From contig CAVXDL010000016.1 of NCBI GenBank assembly GCA_963760515.1, positions 1,129 through 65,128 of the forward strand: DNA of 64,000 bases, read 5' to 3'. Position numbers and translations under genes: made by a program. The DNA comes from an uncultured Actinomycetota bacterium (GTDB lineage Bacteria; Actinomycetota; Actinomycetes; Propionibacteriales; Nocardioidaceae). Within the stretch, counting starts at the first letter, position 1. Every line of letters starts with the position of its first letter. Under the pieces are notes generated by a model that was given only the letters and a program-made list of their open reading frames with translations, was not told the origin of the DNA and searched no databases. Positions 57,093 to 64,000 of the stretch are shown here, piece by piece.

Positions 57093-57870
57093 TCAGTGGT
57101 CAGGCCGACGCCTACGTTTCCCGGGTGGGGGAGTGCGACGCTTCTTGACCACTTTCGCCCCCGCTGCCGGAGGCCACGATACCGACGCGGGGTCCGCCCA
57201 CGGAACCCGCACAGCATAGGTGGCGGTCTCCGTTCCTTCGGCAACGAGCACGAGCACGTCGGGCTCGCCGCACCCCAGGGCCCGCAACGTCGGCAGGGCT
57301 GCAGCGACCTCGTCGGCCGCCGACTCGCCCTTGAGCGCAAGGAGCACACCGTCGGGGCGCGACCAGCGGCATCGACCACTCGAGCAGCCGGGGGAGTGCG
57401 GCCACCGCGCGGGAGGTCACGACATCGAAGCGCTCCTTGGCGTGGAGGGCGTCCGCCCGGCCGCGTTCGACCCGCACGTTGGACAGTCCGAGCTCGTCGA
57501 CCACCTCCGAGAGGAAGGTCGTACGCCGCAGGAGCGGCTCCACCAGCGTGATCTGCAGGTCGGGACGCGCCAGGGCCAGGACCAGACCCGGGAGGCCGGC
57601 CCCGGAGCCGACGTCACAGACGCTGACGCCCTCAGGGATCTCGTGGGCCAGCACAGCGCAGTTCAGGACGTGCCGGCTCCACAACCGGGGGGCCTCGCGT
57701 GGACCGATCAGCCCGCGCTCGACTCCCGCGGTGGCCAACAGCTCGACGTAGCGCTCGACGAGGGCCTGACGCTCCACAGGGAACGCCCCCCGGGCCGCTG
57801 CGGGCACGGGGGGCGTCGATGTTTCACGTGAAACCGGCGAGTCCGAGGACCGGCCGACGTCATCAGTCAT
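57093..57870 (-). pseudogene. rsmG: 16S rRNA (guanine527-N7)-methyltransferase RsmG/GidB; frame broken at a 4-nt homopolymer as assembled (probably a sequencing indel)
   Basis: ORF 57112..57870 reads ...[15 protein letters not shown]...[11 protein letters not shown] and then junk. ORF 57093..57347 continues with (DG)[25 protein letters not shown]... Removing one base of GGGG at 57354-57357 restores [15 protein letters not shown]. Confidence 0.85.
57821..57834. promoter_or_regulatory. parS site inside the rsmG 5' coding region
   Basis: tGTTTCACGTGAAACc, which encodes VSRET. Confidence 0.85.
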
Positions 57871-57879
57871 CTCAGGACC

Positions 57880-58434
57880 TCAGGAAGCCGGGAGGATCAC
57901 CACGTAGCGACGCGGCTCCACGCCCTCGGACTCCGAGGTGAGACCCGCCTCGGCGACGGCGTCGTGGACGACCTTGCGCTCGAAGGGCGACATCGGGTCC
58001 AGCGAGACCGACTCTCCGGACTCCTTGACCAGCGCCACCTTCTCGGCAGCCAGCGCCATCAGGGCGGTACGTCGCTCAGCGCGGTGCCCGGAGATGTCGA
58101 GCATCAGCCGGGAGCGCTCGCCGGTCTCCCGGTAGACGGCCAGGCGGGTGAGCTCCTGCAGTGCGTCGAGGACCTCGCCGTCGCGGCCGACGAGCTGACT
58201 CAGGTCGGCACCCACGATGGAGACCGCTGCGCGGTCTCCTTCGACGTCCATGTCGAGGTCGCCGTCGAGGTCGGCGATGTCGAGCAGCTCCTCGAGATAG
58301 TCAGCAGCGATGTCGCCCTCTGCCTCGAGCTGCTGCAGGCGCGTGGGGGCGTCCTTGCGGCTCCCCTGCTCCTGCACATCATCCGTGTGCTGCGTTTCGG
58401 TCTCAGTCGACCCGATCTCTGCGTCGGCGCTCAT
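57880..58434 (-). CDS. jag: Jag/KhpB-family RNA-binding protein (KH plus R3H)
   Basis: ...GRDGEVLDALQELTRLAV... (KH) and ...MSPFERKVVHDAV... (R3H). The start overlaps the yidC stop as ATGA. Confidence 0.9.
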   Translation of the reverse strand: MSADAEIGSTETETQHTDDVQEQGSRKDAPTRLQQLEAEGDIAADYLEELLDIADLDGDLDMDVEGDRAAVSIVGADLSQLVGRDGEVLDALQELTRLAVYRETGERSRLMLDISGHRAERRTALMALAAEKVALVKESGESVSLDPMSPFERKVVHDAVAEAGLTSESEGVEPRRYVVILPAS

Positions 58435-59444
58435 CGCCCGCCTCCCTGCTTCTTCTTGTTCTGGTTCGTGGTGCCGGGCTTGGCGCCCGCCTGCCGCTGG
58501 GCCTTGGTCTGCCGCTTCGGCTGCTCACGCACAGCGGGGCGGCGGTCGGTCTCGGGCTCCGGCTCGGGCTCGATCTCGCCGGAGGCGATGCCGGCCTCGC
58601 GGGCCTTGTGGCGATCGCGCTCGAGCTTGGCGGCGTGCGCCGGCGTGCCGGGGACCGGGTTGTTCCGGATGACGTAGAACTGCTGGCCCATGGTCCACAG
58701 GTTCGACGTCGTCCAGTAGAGGAGGACACCGATCGGGAAGGCGATGCCGCCGATACCGAAGACCAGGGGCAGCACGTAGAGCAGCATCTTCTGCTGCTGG
58801 GCGTAGGGGCCGGACAGCGCATCGGCCGGCATGTTCTTGCTCATCAGCTGGCGCTGGGTGAAGAACGTCGAGGCCGTCATGGCCAGGACCAGGATCGCCG
58901 ACACCACCATGACCAGCACCGCCGGCTCGGGGCCCCACGACCGAGCGCCCCAGAAGGACTCCGAGATCGGGATCTTGTCGAAGACCCGCGCCTCACCGAA
59001 CTTGCGAGCCATCTCCACGGTCAGGAAGCCATGGGCGGTCTGGTTCTTCGCGGCCTGGTCGAGCAGCCGGAACAGGGCGAAGAAGATCGGCATCTGCAGC
59101 AGCAGCGGCAGGCAGGAGGCGAACGGGTTGGTGCCCGCGTCCTTGTAGAGCTTCATCGTCTCCTCGCCGAGGCGGGCACGATCGTGGCCGTACTTCTTCT
59201 GCAGCTCCTTGACCTTGGGCTGGATCAGCTGCATGTTGCGCTGCGACTTGATCTGCTTGACGAACAGCGGGATCAGCGCGGTCCGGATCACCAGCGTGAG
59301 GCCGATGATCGACAGCACCCACGCGGCGCCGCTCTCCTCGGTGAGGAAGAGGGTGAAGAGCTTGTGGAACCCCAGCAGGATCGCGGAGATGACGTAGTAG
59401 AGCGGCGTCATGATGAAGCCGCCGATGTCACTGAAAATTCCCAC
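58431..59444 (-). CDS. yidC: membrane protein insertase YidC
   Basis: ...WVLSIIGLTLVIRTALIPLFVKQIKSQRNMQ..LQPK..ELQKKY...NPFASCLPLLLQMPIFFALF... Confidence 0.95.
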   Translation of the reverse strand: MGIFSDIGGFIMTPLYYVISAILLGFHKLFTLFLTEESGAAWVLSIIGLTLVIRTALIPLFVKQIKSQRNMQLIQPKVKELQKKYGHDRARLGEETMKLYKDAGTNPFASCLPLLLQMPIFFALFRLLDQAAKNQTAHGFLTVEMARKFGEARVFDKIPISESFWGARSWGPEPAVLVMVVSAILVLAMTASTFFTQRQLMSKNMPADALSGPYAQQQKMLLYVLPLVFGIGGIAFPIGVLLYWTTSNLWTMGQQFYVIRNNPVPGTPAHAAKLERDRHKAREAGIASGEIEPEPEPETDRRPAVREQPKRQTKAQRQAGAKPGTTNQNKKKQGGGR

Positions 59445-59450
59445 GGGGGA

Positions 59451-59708
59451 TCAGGCTCCTTGTTGGTTCATCGTCGTGGTGGTGTCCCGCGGTCGCCGCG
59501 GCGGAACCTTGTCGACGCCCCCCGGCGCCCATGGATGACAGCGTGCCAGGCGACGCACAGCCAACCAGCTGCCCTTGATGCTGCCGTGCACCTGCACGGC
59601 TTCCAGGGCATAGGCCGAGCACGAGGGGTAATACCGGCAGACCTCGCCGTACAACGGGCTGATCACCGCGCGATAGACGCGCAGCAGGCCGATCAGCAGG
59701 TACTTCAT
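59451..59708 (-). CDS. yidD: membrane protein insertion efficiency factor YidD
   Basis: [40 protein letters not shown] from the ATG at 59708. Confidence 0.9.
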   Translation of the reverse strand: MKYLLIGLLRVYRAVISPLYGEVCRYYPSCSAYALEAVQVHGSIKGSWLAVRRLARCHPWAPGGVDKVPPRRPRDTTTTMNQQGA

Positions 59709-59715
59709 CGCCGAC

Positions 59716-60054
59716 TCACCGCGACACTCGCTCCCAGCACCGATCGAGGTCGGCGGCCAGGCCGGCCGACGACAGCTCAGCGGCGGCGGGCAGCGCCCGC
59801 ACCACCACGGTGCCGCCGACTGGCAGGGCATCGAGCCGAAGCCTGGCCAGGTGGCGCAAGCGACGCTTGACCCGGTTGCGGACCACGGAGTTGCCTACCG
59901 CCTTGCTCACCACGAAACCGACCCGGGCCGGCGACTCGTCGCCCGCACGTGCCGAGACGTGGACGACGAGCGAACGCGACGAGGCGCGCCGACCGCGCCG
60001 CGTGGTCTCCCGGAAGGAGTCCGCGTCGGTCAGACGGTGGGCTGCAGGAAGCAA
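59716..60054 (-). CDS. rnpA: ribonuclease P protein component
   Basis: ...[24 protein letters not shown]... is the RnpA signature. It lies between rpmH and yidD. Confidence 0.9.
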   Translation of the reverse strand: MLPAAHRLTDADSFRETTRRGRRASSRSLVVHVSARAGDESPARVGFVVSKAVGNSVVRNRVKRRLRHLARLRLDALPVGGTVVVRALPAAAELSSAGLAADLDRCWERVSR

Positions 60055-60094
60055 TGGTGTCCTGCCGGATCAGACGCCGACGTCGAGCCGAAGC

Positions 60095-60232
60095 TCAGAC
60101 GGCGAGGTCCTTGCGGCCCTTGCGACGACGGCTCGACAAGATGGCGCGGCCGGCGCGGGTCCGCATGCGCAGACGGAAACCGTGCACCTTGTGACGGCGA
60201 CGGTTGTTCGGCTGGTAGGTACGCTTGCTCAC
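60095..60232 (-). CDS. rpmH: 50S ribosomal protein L34
   Basis: This gene is not in the ORF track (45 aa). The minus-strand GTG at 60232 gives [45 protein letters not shown]. Confidence 0.95.
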   Translation of the reverse strand: MSKRTYQPNNRRRHKVHGFRLRMRTRAGRAILSSRRRKGRKDLAV

Positions 60233-60554
60233 GACTTACTTCCTTCGTTGGTGACTCGGACCCTGGCGTCAGAAAGTGCTTCCGACGTCGATCCGTTGGG
60301 GGTGACTGACTCGTCCGATCGTGCACACACCGGTCGAGTGACGAAGCGAGCTGACCGCACGACACGAGGCCTCGAGCCACGTGTCGAGCCGTTCGGCTGG
60401 CACCGCCCCTCCACGGCGAGAGCCATGGACGTGCGGCACCGGTCGACACCGGGTGACTGATCAACGGTACGCGCTGGCGAAACTCAGGGTCAAACCCACA
60501 CCGGCGCCACCACCGCGCCCGGGCGCCCCGCTCCGGCACCGGCACGGGCCACCC

Positions 60555-60805
60555 TGTGGATGACGTCTTGCTCGGGGCTCCCCCAGCGGGTTACGTTCCA
60601 CGACGTCGGGGTTTCTGGCCACCACCCCGTGATCGAGGTCCAGGCCCTCGCACGCCAGGGACGCCGTCCGCGAAATAGGCCGTCTGACCTGCGGAAACGG
60701 ATTTCGATCACGACCGGGCCTGGCCGCCGGAAACCTCTGTCCACAATTGGCACACCCCGTTCACACCCTGTGGACAAACCTGTGGATGTACGAACCGGTC
60801 CACAC
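60555..60805. promoter_or_regulatory. DnaA-box cluster upstream of dnaA (autoregulatory region / left part of the origin)
   Basis: The boxes are TGTGGATGA 60555-60563, CTGTCCACA 60737-60745, TGTGGACAA 60769-60777, TGTGGATGT 60781-60789 and GGTCCACAC 60797-60805. Confidence 0.7.
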
Positions 60806-60836
60806 CGCTGGGCCTTGGATGAACGGTGGGAGACCC

Positions 60837-62348
60837 GTGGAACAGACCCCCGACCTCGACCAGGCCTGGCCGGCGGTCCTCCGCGACCTCCAGCCCCACC
60901 AGCGCGCCTGGTTGCGAGCCAGCAAGCCGGTCACGCTCCACGAGAGCACCGCCATCGTCGCGGTGCCCAACGAGTTCACCCGCACCCAGCTCGAGGGCCG
61001 GCTCCGCGCCCAGGTCGAGGATGCCCTGACCGACCGTTTCGGCCGGGAGATCCGCATCGCGGTGACCGTGGACGAGTCGCTCGACACCGAGCACGAGCCC
61101 CTCCTCCTCGACGACCGCTCGAGTCGATCTGACGACATGTCGACAAGTGGACACCGCCTCGAGGGGCAGCAGGCGCAGCAGCTCCCGTCGCAGCCGGCCG
61201 ACCCCACCACCGACGGCTACCGCCCGGTCTCCGACCTCGGCCACGACGAGGCGCCCCAGCGGGGCGCGCTGCCCGACCGCGGCTCCGACCTTGCCAAGTC
61301 GTCGGCCCTGGAGACCCGGCTCAACCCCAAGTACACCTTCGAGACCTTCGTCATCGGCTCGTCGAACCGCTTCCCCCACGCTGCGGCCGTGGCGGTGGCC
61401 GAGGCGCCGGGCAAGGCCTACAACCCGCTGCTGGTCTACGGCGAGTCCGGACTCGGCAAGACCCACCTCCTGCACGCCATCGGTCACTACGTCCGCAGCC
61501 TCTACACCGGGGCCAAGGTCCGCTACGTGTCGAGCGAGGAGTTCACCAACGAGTTCATCAACGCCATCCGCGACGACCGCCAGGACCGGTTCAAGCGGCG
61601 CTACCGCGACGTCGACGTGCTCCTCATCGACGACATCCAGTTCTTGGAGGGCAAGACCCAGACGCAGGAGGAGTTCTTCCACACGTTCAACACCCTCCAC
61701 AACGCCAACAAGCAGATCGTGCTGACCTCCGACCGTCCACCCAAGCGCCTCGAGGCGCTCGAGGACCGGCTGCGCAACCGGTTCGAGTGGGGCCTGATCA
61801 CCGACGTCCAGCCTCCCGACCTCGAGACCCGGATCGCGATCCTGCGCAAGAAGGCTGCGATGGACCGGTTGACCGCGCCGCCGGACGTGCTGGAGTTCAT
61901 CGCCTCCAAGATCCAGACCAACATCCGCGAGCTCGAGGGCGCCCTCATCCGCGTCACCGCCTTTGCCAACCTCAATCGCCAAGAGGTCGACATGACGCTG
62001 GCCGAGATCGTCTTGAAGGACCTCATCCCCGAGGGCGGCGAGCCGGAGATCACCGCTCCGCTGATCATCGCCCAGACCGCGGCGTACTTCGGGCTCAGCA
62101 TCGAGGAGCTCACCGGCCCGAGCCGCGGGCGTCACCTGGTGATGGCTCGCCAGATCGCGATGTACCTGTGTCGCGAGCTCACCGCGTTGTCGCTGCCCAA
62201 GATCGGTGCTCAGTTCGGCAACCGTGACCACACGACCGTGATGTACGCCGACCGCAAGATCAACCAGCTCCTCGCCGAGCGCCGGGCGGTCTTCAACCAG
62301 GTCAGCGAGCTCACCAACCGCGTGAAGCTCCAGGCCCGCCAGTCCTGA
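60837..62348 (+). CDS. dnaA: chromosomal replication initiator protein DnaA
   Basis: The AAA+ motifs are [19 protein letters not shown] and LLIDDIQFL. Domain IV reads ...[14 protein letters not shown] 60837 has a GGTGGGAG RBS; ATG 60819 and TTG 60747 are alternatives. Confidence 0.95.
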   Translation: MEQTPDLDQAWPAVLRDLQPHQRAWLRASKPVTLHESTAIVAVPNEFTRTQLEGRLRAQVEDALTDRFGREIRIAVTVDESLDTEHEPLLLDDRSSRSDDMSTSGHRLEGQQAQQLPSQPADPTTDGYRPVSDLGHDEAPQRGALPDRGSDLAKSSALETRLNPKYTFETFVIGSSNRFPHAAAVAVAEAPGKAYNPLLVYGESGLGKTHLLHAIGHYVRSLYTGAKVRYVSSEEFTNEFINAIRDDRQDRFKRRYRDVDVLLIDDIQFLEGKTQTQEEFFHTFNTLHNANKQIVLTSDRPPKRLEALEDRLRNRFEWGLITDVQPPDLETRIAILRKKAAMDRLTAPPDVLEFIASKIQTNIRELEGALIRVTAFANLNRQEVDMTLAEIVLKDLIPEGGEPEITAPLIIAQTAAYFGLSIEELTGPSRGRHLVMARQIAMYLCRELTALSLPKIGAQFGNRDHTTVMYADRKINQLLAERRAVFNQVSELTNRVKLQARQS

Positions 62349-62769
62349 CTGCCAGTCCTGACTGCCGGTCCTGACCAGCCGCCCCGGTCGGCAGCCCCGA
62401 TCAGCAGCCCCGATCAGCAGGCTGGCCCTGTGGACAGACCACCTCGCGACCTACGAACTACACGGGGAGGATCTGGGGACGAACTGTGTCATTCCCTCGC
62501 GACGTCGGGGCCCGCTCCACACCGGCGCCACGCGCGTCCCGACTTCCTCCACACCCCCTGTGCACTCCGATTGCTCCGCGTGACCTGCACTTATGTGGTT
62601 CATCCACAGATCCCACAGACGCTATGACTACTCCTCACCTCCACATGGATCGATCATCCGAAGAACTCCATCCGGCCCGCCCCCTGTGGAGGACTGCCCC
62701 CGCGTGGCAGGATGCGTCTCCCGAGAGGCTTGACCTCCGCTTCCGCACCAACCCCCGAAGGACCCCATC
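62349..62769. other. oriC (dnaA-dnaN intergenic region with multiple DnaA boxes)
   Basis: The boxes are TGTGGACAG 62429-62437, TCCTCCACA 62545-62553, ATGTGGTTC 62593-62601, TCATCCACA 62600-62608, ATCCCACAG 62610-62618 and TGTGGAGGA 62685-62693. There is a locally AT-richer patch at 62590-62660. This is the canonical actinobacterial oriC location. Confidence 0.75.
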
Positions 62770-63906
62770 GTGAAGTTCCGTGTCGAGCGCGACGTCCTGG
62801 CTGACGCCGTGGCCTGGGCTGCCCGCAGCCTCCCGGTCCGTCCCAGCGCCCCGGTCCTCGCCGGCCTCCTGATCGAGGCCACCGACGACGGCCTGGTCCT
62901 CTCGACGTTCGACTACGAGACCTCGGCCCGCGCCACCCTGACCGCCGAGGTCCACGACGAGGGCAAGGCCCTGGTCAGCGGCCGGCTCCTCGCCGACATC
63001 TGCCGCAGCCTGCCGGCCAAGCCGGTCGAGATGGTCCTCGACGGCGCCCGGGTCTCGCTCACGTGCGGCTCGGCCCGCTTCAGCCTCCAGACGATGCCGG
63101 TCGAGGACTACCCCACGATCCCCTCGATGCCCCAGGCCACCGGCACCGTGCAGTCCGACGTCTTCGCCCACGCCGTGGCGCAGGCCGTGACCGCCGCCGG
63201 TCGTGACGACATGCTGCCCGTCCTCACCGGTGTGCGCGTCGAGATCGAGGGCTCCACGATCTCCCTGCTGGCCACCGACCGCTTCCGGCTCTCCCAGCGC
63301 GAGCTCGGCTGGGACCCCCACACGCCCGACGAGTCGATGGCCGCGCTCGTGCCGGCCCGGGTCCTCGGCGACACGGCCAAGTCGCTGACCGCCGGCTCCG
63401 AGGTCACGATCGCGCTGTCGTCCTCCGGCGCGGGCGACGGCCTGATCGGCTTCGAGGGCACCGGCCCCGGCGGCGTACGACGCACCACCACCCGTCTGCT
63501 GGACGGCGAGTTCCCCAAGGTCCGCAGCCTCTTCCCGGCCGAGAAGCTCACCACCGCCCGGGTCGACAAGGCAGCGCTCATCGAGTCGGTCAAGCGCGTG
63601 GCCCTGGTGGCCGAGCGCAACACCGCCGTGCAGATGGCGTTCAGCGACGGCGTCCTGACCCTCGATGCCGGATCCGGTGACGAGGCCCAGGCCTCGGAGT
63701 CGATCGAGGCGATCATCGACGGCGAGGACATCACCACCGGGTTCAACCCCCAGTTCCTGCTCGACGGGCTCTCGGCCATCGACCAGCCCGTCGTCGAGCT
63801 GGCCTTCACCCAGGCCTCGAAGCCCGTGGTCATCAGCGGTCTCGTCGAGGACGGCGGAGACCCCGGCTTCCGTTACCTGCTCATGCCGCGTCGACTGCTG
63901 TCGTGA
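62770..63906 (+). CDS. dnaN: DNA polymerase III subunit beta (sliding clamp)
   Basis: MKFRVERDVLADAVAWAARSLP...; 378 aa and colinear with DnaN. Confidence 0.97.
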   Translation: MKFRVERDVLADAVAWAARSLPVRPSAPVLAGLLIEATDDGLVLSTFDYETSARATLTAEVHDEGKALVSGRLLADICRSLPAKPVEMVLDGARVSLTCGSARFSLQTMPVEDYPTIPSMPQATGTVQSDVFAHAVAQAVTAAGRDDMLPVLTGVRVEIEGSTISLLATDRFRLSQRELGWDPHTPDESMAALVPARVLGDTAKSLTAGSEVTIALSSSGAGDGLIGFEGTGPGGVRRTTTRLLDGEFPKVRSLFPAEKLTTARVDKAALIESVKRVALVAERNTAVQMAFSDGVLTLDAGSGDEAQASESIEAIIDGEDITTGFNPQFLLDGLSAIDQPVVELAFTQASKPVVISGLVEDGGDPGFRYLLMPRRLLS

Positions 63907-63995
63907 CCCACACGGTGAGCGACCGCCACCGAGCAGTCGCTTCCTGACGCGCGCCACACCCGCACCGCGAACGCAACCATCCTCTGGGAGGAACC

Positions 63996-64000
63996 ATGCA
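63996..64000 (+). CDS. start of the next gene (product unknown; only 5 nt in the window)
   Basis: GGGAGGAA RBS followed 4 nt later by ATG at 63996. Confidence 0.35.

Noticed and set aside
1-64000. tRNA, rRNA and tmRNA genes
   Set aside because: I saw no T-loop/acceptor-like GGTTCGAATCC-type signatures or rRNA-like stretches on either strand by eye. A tRNAscan/Infernal run would be needed to be certain.

Overview
This 64-kb window is the origin-proximal part of a very high-GC actinobacterial chromosome. An assignment to Nocardioidaceae or Propionibacteriales is only a guess from gene content.

The right-hand two thirds is the conserved oriC neighbourhood. In order it carries dnaB, a MATE/membrane/secreted insert, rplI-rpsR-ssb-rpsF, nfo, FemAB, an alanine-racemase-like gene, a GT87-like membrane protein, ponA, PadR and ino1. 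An M6/InhA-like protease and an SRPBCC gene follow as an insert. Then come cca, a DUF6049-like gene, murJ, a pseudokinase, sigM, an anti-sigma factor, trxB, trxA, GNAT, an aminotransferase and PlsC. The block ends with parB-parA-rsmG-jag-yidC-yidD-rnpA-rpmH, then dnaA, oriC and dnaN. This order matches the known Mycobacterium blocks Rv0046c-Rv0058 and Rv3907c-Rv3924c/Rv0001-2.

The left third (1-19.5 kb) is metabolic and accessory. It holds ppsA/ppsR, a P450, a DUF559-type gene bracketed by two copies of a 48-bp palindrome, a methyltransferase, an AKR, a Zn-ADH, pckG, two SDRs, an unknown protein with an RGG/QQPG tail, a BASS transporter, an epimerase and a Nudix gene. It also holds a twice-frameshifted DUF222/HNH gene and a lower-GC ~2.4-kb locus that is coding-like only if read across about 7 frame changes.

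I found no rRNA, tRNA, CRISPR array, transposase or integrase. Regulatory signals visible by eye are three parS sites, DnaA-box clusters on both sides of dnaA, between rsmG and parA, and (unexpectedly) upstream of dnaB, a candidate rpsF leader, and several hairpin terminators.

At least 13 single-base frame disruptions occur, several at short homopolymers and one in the housekeeping gene rsmG. Assembly indel error is therefore a serious alternative to real pseudogenisation.

I do not see a complete, convincing novel multi-gene system. The best candidates for follow-up are the frame-broken 16-18.5 kb locus, the palindrome-bracketed DUF559 cassette, the 9.6-11.2 kb unknown protein and the DnaA-box palindrome at dnaB.
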